DNA of 64,000 bases from Limnothrix sp. BL-A-16 (GCA_041937175.2 CP166615.1:2432001-2496000), one strand, 5' to 3'. Positions 41,601 through 51,823 are shown, counted from the first letter of the stretch. Numbers and translations are program-made. Notes: a model not told the origin generated them from the letters alone.

Positions 41601-42048
41601 CTTGAGCTATGAAGGCCAAGCGGCAATCGCCCTAGAGAACCTAGCCCGCCAAGCTTGGGATCAGGATCAACAGGCTTACCCGATCGAGCTGCGATCGGAA
41701 TCGCTGCTGTGGTTGCATCCCCAACCCCTTTGGGAAGCCCTGATTTTGGATCGGGCCATGGGGCTGCCCGAGGCGGTGATGGCCCTGCGGTTCCATCGCG
41801 GCTTGGCCCAAGCCCTGGTGCAAGCGGCCCAAACCTTGAAGCAGCAGGGATTGCACTTTGGGGCGATCGCCTGTGGGGGGGGAGTCTTCCAAAATCGGCT
41901 GCTGTTGCGATGTTTGGAAGCGGCCCTGATGGCTAGCAATTTGCACGATCCGCTGCTGTTGCCGCAACAGGTTCCCGTAAACGACGGGGGCTTGGCGTTG
42001 GGGCAAACGGCGATCGCGGCCGCCTGGCTCCAGTTGGGCCATGTTTAG
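38692..42048 (+). CDS. hypF: Carbamoyltransferase HypF with a large internal insertion
   Basis: G.VQGVGFRP, zinc fingers C..C/NCTHCGPR and C..C/RFHAQP.ACP.CGP, QHHHAH, NDGGLALGQ; ATG 38692 follows GGAG (38659 also possible). Confidence 0.95.
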   Translation: MASTQDEQSLTMRAEEIRVVGVVQGVGFRPTVYRLAIECGLMGSVANDGVGVVIRIAGYPDQIDVFLQRLYQEKPPLSRIDTLIRTPIALSELMEPGLPLPSGNLSVVSSPESGALDRLAAPEQLPEQLPEQLPAESAAESATERLTNLPTGPSRFTATFESESGDLTWDEQSIALGQETAMQIQRNRQAAQAHGHQGHLAAGKFEGPRCPLHLHPQHRSTYDQAPMAESVVTEETAPPVPLRGVAVTKNSAIEQQAGEPYGKTLAIDPLEEATIGQGGAANHSRSHWFGRGPEDERPAPSTTEAGARSEIDARLDSFDRGLNQGLDQDLNQDLDQPLDPELSNSLAEELAELLEPAINRLRPLEPVESPKAPMGPIVPVVLDDAEPGPALYTPLQPPPPIVSRSAPSPVSHRSRALDLSSAELLGRSPLSFRILESQSGPVRTQIAPDTATCAACLRDLHDPHSRYYHYPFVNCTHCGPRLTVIRSLPYDRVRTSMVGFQLCPDCQRDYDNPSDRRFHAQPTACPECGPRIWFERPSQQRPIVKDEQAIAQAAEAIRQGAIVAIKGLGGIHLACDATQEAVVQRLRARKHRPHKPLAVMARNLESVRRFCTVSDHERSLLLGGAAPIVLLNIHDPHYLAPSVAPDMTEAGVMLPYSPLHHLLMIAVDRPIVLTSGNRAGNPQCIDNHEAHLQLQSIADAFLLHNRSILNRVDDSVVRVLPTSVQVIRRSRGYAPSSINLPPGLTSSPPILALGSDLKNTICLSRDGQAILSPHLGDLDSPACLQAYSTAIADLRNLFDHRPSAIAVDLHPDGQAVKVGESLAKALEVPLLRIQHHHAHIAACLADNQWGFDRPPVLGIALDGFGWGSDGTVWGGELLWTTYEQYHRVGALWPARLLGGNRAAQEPWRNLYAQFHATGMLDRVNSEDWFAQKPLNLLTGMAKTGFNSPWTSSCGRLFDAVAAFLGCAPDCLSYEGQAAIALENLARQAWDQDQQAYPIELRSESLLWLHPQPLWEALILDRAMGLPEAVMALRFHRGLAQALVQAAQTLKQQGLHFGAIACGGGVFQNRLLLRCLEAALMASNLHDPLLLPQQVPVNDGGLALGQTAIAAAWLQLGHV

Positions 42049-42186
42049 GGTCTCGGTGATCCCGTGCTGGTCGCCACTGGAAATCACCGGGAATCACGAG
42101 CCATCAATCACGAGCCATCAATCACAAGCCATCAAAATCACAAGCCATTTAAAGCCAGCCCTTAGGAGTCATTGAGAGGTTTCAGG

Positions 42187-42432
42187 ATGTGTTTAGCGGT
42201 TCCGGGCCAAGTGGTGGCCATTGTCGATGGGGATCAACAGCTCGCCACGGTTGATTTGAGCGGTGTTCGGCGATCGGTCAGCTTGGCCTGTTTGGTCACG
42301 CCCGATCGCCCGATCGAGCAGTGGGTGGGGCGCTGGGTGGTGGTTCATGCGGGTTTTGCCCTGGAGGAGTTGGATGTGGCCGCGGCCAAGGAAACCCTGA
42401 CTTGGATCGATCGCCTGGCCCCCTCCGCGTGA
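42187..42432 (+). CDS. hypC: Hydrogenase maturation chaperone HypC
   Basis: MCLAVPG, G.WV.VH.GFA. Confidence 0.95.
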   Translation: MCLAVPGQVVAIVDGDQQLATVDLSGVRRSVSLACLVTPDRPIEQWVGRWVVVHAGFALEELDVAAAKETLTWIDRLAPSA

Positions 42433-42538
42433 TCCAGCCGGACTGTCTCAAACCCTGTCCAAGAAACTGTGTTTTAGGAAGTCATTTTTTAAGAAGTCAT
42501 CTCAAGAGCCGCTTGAAAAGCCGTTTCAGGAGTTTGCG

Positions 42539-43717
42539 ATGAAGTTTGTGACGGAATTTCGTGATCCCGCATCGGTGGCGGGGTGGGTGCGGGAAATTGC
42601 CCATCTAGCGCAACGACTCGATCGCCCCGTGGCCCTGATGGAAGTCTGCGGCGGCCAGACCCACACCATTTTTAAACATGGCCTCGAAGCCCTGCTGCCA
42701 GAAACCGTGGAGCTAATCCATGGGCCCGGTTGCCCCGTTTGCATCATGCCTCGGGGTCGGATTGACGATGCGATCGCCCTGGCAGAACAACCGGGCATGA
42801 TTTTTGCCACCTTTGGTGATGCCCTGCGAGTGCCCGGAGCGCGGGGCAGCCTGATGCAGGCCAAGGCGCGAGGAGCCGATGTGCGTGTGGTCTATTCGCC
42901 CCTCGATGCCCTGACCTTGGCCCAAACCCATCCCGATCGGCCCGTGGTCTTTTTTGGCTTGGGCTTTGAAACCACTGCTCCCGCCGTCGCCATGACCATC
43001 CTGGCGGCGGCCCGTGCCCAACAAACCAACTTCAGCGTGTTTTGCAACCATGTGCTCGTTGTCCCGGCTCTGGAATTTTTGCTCCAGGCCAGCGGCTTGC
43101 GCTTGGATGGGTTCATTGGGCCCGGCCACGTGAGCGCCGTCATTGGCACCGATCCCTATCAAGCGGTGGTCGATCGCTACCAGAAACCCGTGGTGGTGGG
43201 GGGCTTTGAGCCGATCGATCTGCTCCAATCGATCTGGATGTTGCTGTTGCAGTTGGTTGAAGGGCGCTGTGCCGTGGAAAACCAATATCACCGGCTGGTG
43301 AAGCCCGAGGGCAACAGTCCAGCCCTGGCCGCCCTGGCCCAGGTGTTCACGGTGCGGGAGCAATTTGAGTGGCGCGGGTTGGGATCCTTGCCCCGATCAG
43401 GTTTGGCGATCGCTCCGGCCTTTGCGGCTTTTGACGCGGAACAGCGCTATTGCCTACCCAGCCAAGCCAGTGAGGATTCACCCGTTTGCCAATGCGGCCT
43501 CATTTTGCAGGGCAAGCTCAAACCCTGGGAATGCAGTGCCTTTGGTCGCGGTTGCACCCCTGACCATCCCCTAGGCGCTTGCATGGTTTCCTCCGAAGGG
43601 GCCTGCGCTGCCTATTACAAGTACGGTCACGGAGGCCCCCGATCGCCCATGGCCGCGCCCCGCAGATTTGCCGAAGCGCCCGCCCGCCCCCCGGTGCAAT
43701 CAGAATTGGCCCGATAG
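42539..43717 (+). CDS. hypD: Hydrogenase maturation protein HypD
   Basis: MEVCGGQT, GPGCPVC, GFETT, PGHVS, CMVSSEGACAAYY. Confidence 0.97.
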   Translation: MKFVTEFRDPASVAGWVREIAHLAQRLDRPVALMEVCGGQTHTIFKHGLEALLPETVELIHGPGCPVCIMPRGRIDDAIALAEQPGMIFATFGDALRVPGARGSLMQAKARGADVRVVYSPLDALTLAQTHPDRPVVFFGLGFETTAPAVAMTILAAARAQQTNFSVFCNHVLVVPALEFLLQASGLRLDGFIGPGHVSAVIGTDPYQAVVDRYQKPVVVGGFEPIDLLQSIWMLLLQLVEGRCAVENQYHRLVKPEGNSPALAALAQVFTVREQFEWRGLGSLPRSGLAIAPAFAAFDAEQRYCLPSQASEDSPVCQCGLILQGKLKPWECSAFGRGCTPDHPLGACMVSSEGACAAYYKYGHGGPRSPMAAPRRFAEAPARPPVQSELAR

Positions 43718-43764
43718 CCGCGTTGGCCCAATCGCCGTGATTTCCGCCCTAACCTCCTGATGCT

Positions 43765-44880
43765 ATGGCTTCTTCTAATCATCCGTCCGATTCCCTCGCC
43801 ACTCCCCCATCCAACGTGCTCGAGTTTCAGCAGCCCCAGCACCGCACCCGATCGAGCGACGAAGGCTACATCACCCTGGCCCACGGCAGCGGCGGCCGAG
43901 CCACCCATAACCTGATCACGGATATTTTCCTAGAAACCTTTCGCAGCGATGCCCTCAATGCGCTGGATGACAGTGCGCGGCTGGACTTAGCCCTGTTCAT
44001 GGCCCGGGGCGATCGGTTGGCCTTCACCACTGATTCCTTCGTGGTGGATCCGCTGTTTTTTCCCGGCGGCGACATCGGCAGCCTGGCCATCAACGGCACG
44101 GTGAATGATTTGGCCGTGACCGGGGCCCAGCCGCTCTATCTCTCCTGTGGGTTCATCATTGAAGAGGGCACCCCGATCGCCCTGCTACGTCGCATTGCCC
44201 AGAGCATGAAACTGGCCGCCGACACGGCCCGCGTCAAGGTGGTGGCCGGCGACACAAAGGTTGTACCTCGGGGCAAAGGTGACCAAATCTATATCAACAC
44301 CGCCGGGGTGGGCGTGGCGCGATCGACCCAAGTGCCCGGGCCGCGCTATTTGCAACCGGGCGATGCCATCCTGCTCAGTGGCCCCATGGGCGACCATGGC
44401 ACGGCTATTTTGTTAGCCCGAGGAGATTTGGCCCTCGAAGCGGACATCGCCAGCGATTGCCAGCCCTTGCATGATCTGGCGGCGGCCCTCTGTGAAGCTT
44501 GTCCCACCGTGCGGGCCATGCGCGATGCGACTCGGGGCGGTGTGGCGGCCGTGCTGAATGAATTTGCCCAAACCAGCCGCGTCAGCATGGTGCTCGAAGA
44601 GGCAGCCTTACCCGTGCGGCCACCCGTGGCCGCCGCCTGCGAAGTGTTGGGTCTCGATCCCCTGCACATGGCCAACGAAGGGTTGTTAGTGGCCGTGGTT
44701 CCGGGAGAATTTGCGGCGCGGGCCCTGACAGCCATGCAAATGCTGCCGGAGGGACGGGAGGCCTGTTTGGTGGGCCATGTGACCAAGGCGGATTCGCCCG
44801 TGGTGATTTTGCGAACGCGCTTTGGCTCTGAACGGATTATTGAGTGGCCGATGGGCGATCCCTTGCCACGGATTTGTTAG
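43765..44880 (+). CDS. hypE: Hydrogenase maturation protein HypE
   Basis: AHGSGG, TTDSFVV.PLFFPGGDIG, RDATRGG, C-terminal PRIC. Confidence 0.97.
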   Translation: MASSNHPSDSLATPPSNVLEFQQPQHRTRSSDEGYITLAHGSGGRATHNLITDIFLETFRSDALNALDDSARLDLALFMARGDRLAFTTDSFVVDPLFFPGGDIGSLAINGTVNDLAVTGAQPLYLSCGFIIEEGTPIALLRRIAQSMKLAADTARVKVVAGDTKVVPRGKGDQIYINTAGVGVARSTQVPGPRYLQPGDAILLSGPMGDHGTAILLARGDLALEADIASDCQPLHDLAAALCEACPTVRAMRDATRGGVAAVLNEFAQTSRVSMVLEEAALPVRPPVAAACEVLGLDPLHMANEGLLVAVVPGEFAARALTAMQMLPEGREACLVGHVTKADSPVVILRTRFGSERIIEWPMGDPLPRIC

Positions 44881-44908
44881 GGCCGATTTTGTTAGGGCCG
44901 ATGGATTC

Positions 44909-44964
44909 GGGCTAATCGGTTTGGGCTAATTGGTTTGGGCTAATTGGTTTGGGCTAATTGGTTT
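44909..44964. repeat. Tandem repeat, 4 x 14 bp (GGGCTAATTGGTTT)
   Basis: Read directly; first unit has one substitution. Confidence 0.9.
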
Positions 44965-44991
44965 GAGCTAATCGAGCACAGGAGGAATGGG

Positions 44992-45333
44992 ATGCACGAA
45001 CTAGGCATTACTCAGGAACTGGTGCGGTTGGCGCTGGCTCAGGCCCAAGGGGCCCCCATCCGCCGACTGGGTTTGGCCGTGGGGGCCCTGTCGGGCATTT
45101 CCACGGAGGCGATCGCCTTTTGTTTTGGCCCCTGTGCCATGGGCACGGCCCTGGAGGGGGCGGAGTTGGACATCACGATCGTACCTGGCCAGGCCCGTTG
45201 CCACCATTGCGGCCGGGATTTCCCTCTGGATGACGTGGTGGGGATTTGTCCCCATTGCAACAGCTTGGACTGGACGATCGAGGCGGGTCAAGACTTGATT
45301 TTAAAAACCTTGGAGGTCATCCCATGTGCGTAA
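44992..45333 (+). CDS. hypA: Nickel metallochaperone HypA
   Basis: MHE start after GGAGG; CHHC and CPHC. Confidence 0.95.
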   Translation: MHELGITQELVRLALAQAQGAPIRRLGLAVGALSGISTEAIAFCFGPCAMGTALEGAELDITIVPGQARCHHCGRDFPLDDVVGICPHCNSLDWTIEAGQDLILKTLEVIPCA

Positions 45334-46328
45334 CCTGCGGTTGTGATGATGGGGCATCGGTCACGATCACCAACTTATCCCACAGTGAGCGATCCCCAAA
45401 TAAGCTATCCCAATCAGCGGCGATCGACCCAGCATTGGGCCCCTCCCCGATCGACTCCGACTGGCACAGTCATCAACATGCCGATGGTTCAGTGGTGGTG
45501 CATCGCCACGGGCCCACCACTCATAGCCCCAGCCATCATCATCACCACCATGCCCATCCTCCCGGTCATCATCACGAGCATCCCCCTACCGATCGGGATC
45601 CTCACCCAGCCGATCGCCCCTCTCTGACGGCAACGGATCCGGTCACCCAAACCCTGCACCTAGAGGCGCGACTGCTAGACAAAAACAACCAACTGGCCGC
45701 CGCCAACCGCCAATGGTTCCAAAACCAGGACATTTGGGCCCTGAACCTGATGAGTGGGCCCGGGGCCGGCAAAACAACACTGCTGGTAAAAACCCTGACG
45801 GATTTGGCCGATCGGGTCTCTTTTGCCGTCATTGAAGGGGATCAGGCCACCTTGAACGATGCGGAACGGGTGCGGGCCACCGGTTGCCCCGTGGTGCAGG
45901 TCAACACGGGCACGGGTTGCCACTTGGACGCGGCCATGGTGCAAGGAGGCTGTCAGCAACTGCAACCGCCACCGGGCAGCATTTTGGCGATCGAGAATGT
46001 GGGCAACCTGGTTTGTCCTGCGCTGTTTGACTTGGGAGAAGCATCCCGGGTCGGCATTTTTTCGGTCACCGAAGGCGAAGATAAACCCCTGAAGTACCCA
46101 CACCTGTTTCGGGCCTGCGATTTGGTGCTCCTGAGCAAAATCGATTTGCTGCCCTATTTGCCCTTTGATCTGGATCGGGCGATCGCCGCCGTGAAACAGG
46201 TGAACCCCAAGGCGCGCATTTTGCCCCTTTCGTCCCTGACCGGCGAAGGCTTGGCCGACTGGTACGACTGGCTTTTGGTTCAGCGCGATCGCGCCGGCCA
46301 TGCTTCGGCCGCCGGTTTGGCCCCCTAG
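45324..46328 (+). CDS. hypB: Nickel-insertion GTPase HypB
   Basis: MCVTCGC, His-rich tract, [26 protein letters not shown]. Confidence 0.97.
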   Translation: MCVTCGCDDGASVTITNLSHSERSPNKLSQSAAIDPALGPSPIDSDWHSHQHADGSVVVHRHGPTTHSPSHHHHHHAHPPGHHHEHPPTDRDPHPADRPSLTATDPVTQTLHLEARLLDKNNQLAAANRQWFQNQDIWALNLMSGPGAGKTTLLVKTLTDLADRVSFAVIEGDQATLNDAERVRATGCPVVQVNTGTGCHLDAAMVQGGCQQLQPPPGSILAIENVGNLVCPALFDLGEASRVGIFSVTEGEDKPLKYPHLFRACDLVLLSKIDLLPYLPFDLDRAIAAVKQVNPKARILPLSSLTGEGLADWYDWLLVQRDRAGHASAAGLAP

Positions 46329-47053
46329 GGCAAGACCAATGCGCCCGCCGGTCGATGGGCTGGCGGACAGGGTTCCAAGCGCAGGCCAAACACCGCCGCA
46401 AACTGCTCTGCCACCACCGATCGCGCCTGGGCCACCGTCAAACCGGGCACAACATCCACCAATCGGCCCACGGGGCGATCGGCAATTCCACAGGGCACGA
46501 TTTCCCGAAAGCCCGCCAGCTCACAATCCACATTTAGAGCAAAGCCGTGCATGGTCACCCAACGGCTGACCTGAATCCCGATCGCCGCCACCTTGCGCCC
46601 CTCTAGCCACACCCCCGTCAGGCCCGGAAACCGTTCCGCCGCCAAACCCCAAGTCCCGATCGCCCGAATCAACACCTCCTCCAACTGGCGCAGATACCAA
46701 TGGAGATCCGGTTGGTGACGGCGCAAATTCAGAATGGGGTAGCCGACCAACTGTCCGGGGCAATGGTGGGTAACCTCGCCACCCCGCTCAATGGGCACCA
46801 ACGGCACGGGATGGGTTGCGGGGTCAAACCGCACAAAGGCGCGATCGGCCCCACGCCCCAGGGTGTAAACCGGCGGATGTTCCAACAGCATTAACCCATC
46901 GGGCAGCGTCGGATCTGCGATTCGATCGGCCTGCCACTGGCGCTGCCAACCCCAAGCCACTTCGTAAGCTGTGGTTTGCAAATTCAGATGCCAACAGGGG
47001 GCGATCGGCCCGGCATATTCCCCAGTGGTTTCAGTAGCAGCATCACAAACCAT
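46325..47053 (-). CDS. lipB: Octanoyltransferase
   Basis: [40 protein letters not shown]. Confidence 0.95.
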   Translation of the reverse strand: MVCDAATETTGEYAGPIAPCWHLNLQTTAYEVAWGWQRQWQADRIADPTLPDGLMLLEHPPVYTLGRGADRAFVRFDPATHPVPLVPIERGGEVTHHCPGQLVGYPILNLRRHQPDLHWYLRQLEEVLIRAIGTWGLAAERFPGLTGVWLEGRKVAAIGIQVSRWVTMHGFALNVDCELAGFREIVPCGIADRPVGRLVDVVPGLTVAQARSVVAEQFAAVFGLRLEPCPPAHRPAGALVLP

Positions 47054-47258
47054 AAACTCTAGCCAAATGCCCTAACCATAAAGCCCTAACCATAAAGATT
47101 GAGAATTGCCAAGGGGAATTTGGTGATGGTTTGTGGGGAATCACTGAAGAAAAGGTCAAGAATCATCAACAGATGCAAAAGATTTTAAAGGAAATTCTCC
47201 CACCGATCCCAAAGTGCTACGTTGAAAGTATCACCCATCTCGAAGGGGAGGAAGCTCT

Positions 47259-47858
47259 ATGAAGCTTGTCATCCAGGGTAAAAACATCGAGATTACCGAT
47301 GCACTGCGTGACTATGTTCAGCAAAAAATTGAAAAGGCCGTCAGCCATTTTCAACACTTAACGCTTGAAGTGGATGTGCACCTGTCGGTAGCTCGCAACC
47401 CCCGGATTGATTCTAACCAAACGGCTGAGGTGACCATTTACGCGAACCGCACAGTTGTTCGAGCTGAAGAAAGCAGCGAGAACCTGTATGCCAGCATTGA
47501 CATGGTTGCTGACAAGATTGCCCGTCAACTTCGCAAGTATAAGGAAAAACATCAAGAACGTCGCCGCGAGCCGGTGAAGACCGCAGAAGTGCTGGGCGAA
47601 ATGCCAGTCGGAACCATTATTCCGCCCCGAGAACCCGAGTTGCCGGCGGATGTGGTGCGGACGAAATACTTTGAAATGGCCCCGATGACGATCGCGGAGG
47701 CCTTGGAGCAACTGGAGCTGGTTGATCACGATTTCTTCATGTTCTGCAACTCAGAAACGGGTGAAATCAACGTGATTTATGAACGGAACCATGGCGGTTA
47801 CGGCGTGATTCAACCCCGCAAGGCCCAACGCTTTGCCGAGAACTCTTCCGCTGCTTAG
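47259..47858 (+). CDS. hpf: Ribosome hibernation promoting factor (LrtA, long HPF)
   Basis: I.GKNIEIT.A, LYASID...KI.RQLRKYK, M...EA..QL...HDFF.F. Confidence 0.95.
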   Translation: MKLVIQGKNIEITDALRDYVQQKIEKAVSHFQHLTLEVDVHLSVARNPRIDSNQTAEVTIYANRTVVRAEESSENLYASIDMVADKIARQLRKYKEKHQERRREPVKTAEVLGEMPVGTIIPPREPELPADVVRTKYFEMAPMTIAEALEQLELVDHDFFMFCNSETGEINVIYERNHGGYGVIQPRKAQRFAENSSAA

Positions 47859-47912
47859 AGGTTGCTTGAAAAGCATCTTGAAGCGCTTGCTAAATACCAT
47901 AGCCCTTAGGGA

Positions 47913-47932
47913 CAAGGGGCTTAAGCCCCTTG
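47913..47932. repeat. Solo CAAGGGGCTTAAGCCCCTTG palindrome
   Basis: Perfect 20 bp palindrome 3' of hpf. Confidence 0.85.
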
Positions 47933-48122
47933 TTGTTGTAGACCGAGCAAGCTGCCTACCAAATCTAGCTTTTTAAACACCCGCTGAGGCTGAATTGGCA
48001 AACTGAGAATTACTCATGAAAGAGTGATTGATTCAGCAGCAATTTGTTGAACGATCCTTGAACAATTCAGACTTGCGATTAGGGTCTGTTGAGTATCCTA
48101 TGCCACCACAATTTTGACTGCT

Positions 48123-48749
48123 TCAAGCCTTGGGACATCCTGATTTTTGAAGCATTTTCCACTCTTGTAAAACAAAAGGCGGTACGGGAATTTCTGCCTG
48201 ATCGGCATCACCGACGGGGATGGTTAATCGCAAAATACCTAATTGATTTAACCGACCTGCCACGGAATCAAATTCATATTCTCCGGTGTTGAGGGCTAAT
48301 GAATCGATCGGGAACTGATCCGCAAGCTGGGCAACGGCCCCTGTGGAATTGGTGATGATTAAAGATCGATCGCGATTGACCCGCAAACTGGGAAAACCAA
48401 CCACCCGCAACCGAAATCCTGTTGTGGGTGGTTGTCCGTTGGCCGCTTCGCCAAACAACACCAATTGCCAACTGCGATCGCGCTGATCTCGCAGGGATTG
48501 CAACGATCGACACAAGACCCGATCGCCCGGAAGGGGGTAGGGATGCAGGCTCGCCATCGCGGGTTCCGGCATTAGCCCCCAACCCCAAAGCACAACCGCC
48601 AACAACAACCCCAAGGCCTTGCCCAGCGTAGTCCACCCCATCCACCACCCGGGCAATTGGGGCGATCGAACCGTTTCTTGTCCTTTTTGGATACTTTGAT
48701 GCTTTTGGTGATTCATAATGCTTTCCAAAATTCTCATAATTCTTCTCAA
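48123..48749 (-). CDS. DUF3122-like exported protein (true start probably further downstream)
   Basis: Signal-like segment ending AMA, then RS.QSLRD....SWQLVLF, LR.VGFP, PP.V..EW. Confidence 0.7.
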   Translation of the reverse strand: MRRIMRILESIMNHQKHQSIQKGQETVRSPQLPGWWMGWTTLGKALGLLLAVVLWGWGLMPEPAMASLHPYPLPGDRVLCRSLQSLRDQRDRSWQLVLFGEAANGQPPTTGFRLRVVGFPSLRVNRDRSLIITNSTGAVAQLADQFPIDSLALNTGEYEFDSVAGRLNQLGILRLTIPVGDADQAEIPVPPFVLQEWKMLQKSGCPKA

Positions 48750-49065
48750 TTCTGTGGAGTAACTCTTTCGGGCGATCGTGCTAGTCTAAATTCGTGTACT
48801 GCAATCAATGCGTTGATAGCAATTCCGCAAACCAAGCAAAGAAATCCAGGTACAGAAATCCAAGCAAGAAAACCCAAGCAAAGATTTCAGCAACCTAAAA
48901 TCAGCAGCGTCCAATCGGCAAACTGGCAAATGTTCGGGCAAGTTTTGGCCCTGGTGCTGAACCCGATTGGGGCAGCAAAACCGCCAACAAACTCATGGCC
49001 CACCGCTGCTTTCTTAGCTTACCGATCATCTTCAAAATTCAGCATATTCAATCCAAGGAGTCACT

Positions 49066-49665
49066 ATGACCGGTCGAGGCGGTCGCCGTCCGGGCGCGGG
49101 TCGTCCCAAAGGCACAGGTAAATATGGCGAACCCACCAAAGCGGTTCGACTGCCGATCAGTTTTGTCGATCGCCTGCCGGAACTCCTGGCCCAATGGCAG
49201 CTCGATCAACTGGAAACGGAAGCCATCGCCGATGGCCGGCTCCAACGAATTGAAGACCATCCCACGCCACCCCTGCGCCTCTATGAAATGCCGGCGGCCG
49301 CTGGATTACACGCCTTTGCGCCCCAAGAGGACACGGAACCCGACGCGATCGACCTGAACACCTATCTCAGTCGGCATCCCAACGAGTCTTTTTTGGTGCG
49401 GGTCACGGGGGATTCCATGATCGGTATTGGCATCTATCCCGATGACCTACTGGTGATTGATGCTTCCGAGGCGGACAACGCCCAGACGGGACAAATTGTG
49501 CTGGCGCTGGTGGATGACAAGGTAACGGTGAAGCGATTGCAAGTGCTGGATGGTCGCATTTTTCTGCATTCCGAAAATCCGATCTATGCCCCTTTGCAAA
49601 TCACCGAAGGAATGGTGTTTAAGATTTTGGGGATTGTGGCCAGCGCGATTCACCAATTCCGTTAA
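49066..49665 (+). CDS. umuD: UmuD-like S24 autopeptidase
   Basis: RGG.R.GAGRP.G N-terminus, AAG cleavage-like site, V.GDSM (Ser), TVKRL (Lys); GGAG RBS. Confidence 0.75.
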   Translation: MTGRGGRRPGAGRPKGTGKYGEPTKAVRLPISFVDRLPELLAQWQLDQLETEAIADGRLQRIEDHPTPPLRLYEMPAAAGLHAFAPQEDTEPDAIDLNTYLSRHPNESFLVRVTGDSMIGIGIYPDDLLVIDASEADNAQTGQIVLALVDDKVTVKRLQVLDGRIFLHSENPIYAPLQITEGMVFKILGIVASAIHQFR

Positions 49666-49755
49666 CCCAGATCAATCAGATTGGCCAATTCCAGGTGGCT
49701 CAGGGACAATCTTGGATTGGGGTGGACTCGCTTGATGGGTTTGAGTTGGATGCTT

Positions 49756-50658
49756 AGACCTCTTGCACGAATCAAATTGGATGTGCCGCTTGGTAGTTGA
49801 GCAACCCAGCTAACAGATGGAGCCTCAAGCCAAAACGGCGACGACGATTGCGATAGCGTTCTGAGAAGATCCGAAATCGCTTCAAGCGACGAATGGCGTG
49901 CTCAATCCGAATGCGCACCGCCGCTAACGCCTGATTGCAAGCTTTTTCCTCGTCAGGCAGGCACTTTCGAGGTGGTTTCCGTTTCGGAAGGATCGTGGCT
50001 TCATGGTGACGAGCTAGCCCTTGATACCCACTATCCGCTAGACACAGCCGGTCTGGGGCTAGGCGAAACGCGCTCTCACGCCAAAGTCGCAGGTCATGGG
50101 TGCGACCTCGACCGATTGCCACCGCTAGGAATTGACCGGAGCGCCAATCAATCACCAATTGCCCTTTCAACGTATGCCGCTTTTGCTTACCGCTGTAGTA
50201 AGCTCGCTGTTTTTTTTGGGCGTTCAATGGCGACTTCGGTCACATCAATCACCACCACTGACTCGTCGGTTTCGGGGTCTAAGAGACGGCGTTTGCCGGG
50301 CAAGGCAAACCGACCACTTTTGACCAAGACGGTCTCAACACGGTTGATGATCCGACAGACGGTGGCTTCTGAGACCCCGAAATCGAGACCGATGTGGAAT
50401 TGGGTGCGATACTCGCGCCAGTATTGCAGGGTTAGCAGAAGCTGATTCTCAACACTCAGACTATTTTGGCCCCCGCGTTTGCCACTCCGGTCTAGGGCGG
50501 GGCGGAGGACTTCCAGCATGGCTTGGAAGGTGGAGCGACTGAAGCCACAGGCACGGCGAAACTGTGATGGGGGCAGCGAGGCGAGGCTTTCGTAGAGCAT
50601 CTCCCGATCATGGTGACGACGACTTTCTACACTACTGCTTTATTCGTGCAAGAGGTCT
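49756..50658 (-). mobile_element. Complete IS5-family (ISL2-like) insertion sequence, 903 bp
   Basis: Perfect 17 bp TIRs AGACCTCTTGCACGAAT / ATTCGTGCAAGAGGTCT; CTT direct repeat on both sides. Confidence 0.93.
49772..50600 (-). CDS. IS5-family DDE transposase in two frames (orfA 50187-50600, orfB 49772-50227) joined at an A8 run
   Basis: orfA HTH-like LLTLQYWREY..VIDVTE..IERPKK; orfB YYSGK.K.HTLK, ADSGYQG, R.RIEH....LK.F. Confidence 0.85.
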
Positions 50659-50716
50659 CTTGAATGGCGTTCATTGCAATTGCGTGAATCGCGAAGGTGC
50701 TGCGCAATTCCTGATC

Positions 50717-51367
50717 CTAGTTGTCTGGGTTCTCTGAGGCTGGGGCCCGGTGGCGCAAGAAATCTTGCAGATCCTGAGGGCTGTTGCAGTTGCGCAAGGT
50801 AGCCGCCTCCAGCGTCGTCAGCGGTAGATAAATGGCTCGTTGTTCCGTTGCCAACTGGTCTAACCAGGCCTGAAACGATCGCCCGCCTTGATCGATAAAA
50901 GTCCGCAACTGGGGGGCGATCGCGGGTCGATACAGCCCGCACAGGGGTTCCCAACCACGATCGGTGCGTGGAACCAACGCCACTTGCTTGGAACTGAGGG
51001 CATGGCGGCGATCGAGCCAGGAGCGACAAACGGGCCCATCCAAACAGGGCAAATCGCAAGCCAGCAGCCACACCCAGTTAATGTCGGTCAGGTCTCGGGC
51101 CGCGCGATCGAGCAACTCTGAAAAAGCCAACAGCGGCCCCCGATCGGCTACCGATTCCTGCCACCAATCCACCGGCAAGGCAGCCGTGGCGGGATGGGTT
51201 TGGTAACGTTCCGGCCAGGGCGAAAAAATAATCGGTCGGCGTTCCGTCACCGAAATGGCTACCTCACAGACCCGATGAAGCATAGGCTGTCCATTCCAAG
51301 GCAGCAACACCTTGTCGCGCCCCATCCGGCGACTTTGCCCACCTGCCAAGATTGCTGCCTGAATCAT
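50717..51367 (-). CDS. mobA: Molybdenum cofactor guanylyltransferase
   Basis: ILAGGQSRRMGRDK, GPL, LACDLP, EPL...Y, NCN.P.D. Confidence 0.92.
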   Translation of the reverse strand: MIQAAILAGGQSRRMGRDKVLLPWNGQPMLHRVCEVAISVTERRPIIFSPWPERYQTHPATAALPVDWWQESVADRGPLLAFSELLDRAARDLTDINWVWLLACDLPCLDGPVCRSWLDRRHALSSKQVALVPRTDRGWEPLCGLYRPAIAPQLRTFIDQGGRSFQAWLDQLATEQRAIYLPLTTLEAATLRNCNSPQDLQDFLRHRAPASENPDN

Positions 51368-51442
51368 GAGTGCTTATCCACCTGCGGGCCATGGTTTTCA
51401 GTGATGAGCACACTGCTCCCGGGCCATCCCTGAATCTCCAAT

Positions 51443-51703
51443 TTACTTTGCCAGGCGAACGGCATACCACTGCAAAAACCGATCGGGGCCCAAGTCCAGC
51501 TCGCAGGCTTCTTCAATGAGCGATCGCACCCGCGCTTCTGTGGTGGCCAACCGTTGCAAGTCACGCGGCAGGCAATCGCCCAAGGATTCCACCACGCCGG
51601 TCAACTTTTCACGCAACTCTTCTACGGACAAAATCACCTCGGGCTGATTCGTTTCCAGCACCACAAAATATTCATTGTCTTGATATAGCATTGCATCGGC
51701 CAT
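51443..51703 (-). CDS. CRR7-like NDH-1 assembly protein (DUF3571)
   Basis: FVVLE..QPE.IL...EL, LP.DL, CEL..GP..FLQWYAVRL. Confidence 0.88.
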   Translation of the reverse strand: MADAMLYQDNEYFVVLETNQPEVILSVEELREKLTGVVESLGDCLPRDLQRLATTEARVRSLIEEACELDLGPDRFLQWYAVRLAK

Positions 51704-51756
51704 CGATCGCTTTCTCCTACTCGCAAAAAACAGGTTTTAACGTCCCAAAATACGAA

Positions 51757-51823
51757 GGGCGCACGGCGGTGCGCCCCTACCAATCATCCCAAAATTCTTG
51801 GAACAAGGGGCTTAAGCCCCTTG
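51757..51823. repeat. GTAG-type REP (51757-51780) next to a solo CAAGGGGCTTAAGCCCCTTG palindrome (51804-51823)
   Basis: GGGCGCACGGCGGTGCGCCC-CTAC and a perfect 20 bp palindrome. Confidence 0.75.

Noticed and set aside
38692..46328. hypFCDEAB as a novel system
   Set aside because: Gene order matches the known cyanobacterial cluster; hox/hup structural genes are often elsewhere; only the HypF insert is unusual
46325..46328. hypB/lipB 4 bp convergent stop overlap (CTAG)
   Set aside because: A common arrangement with no sign of special function
48783..48860. LexA box upstream of the umuD-like gene
   Set aside because: Only isolated half-sites (TGTACT, GGTAC); no full RGTAC-N3-DGTWC
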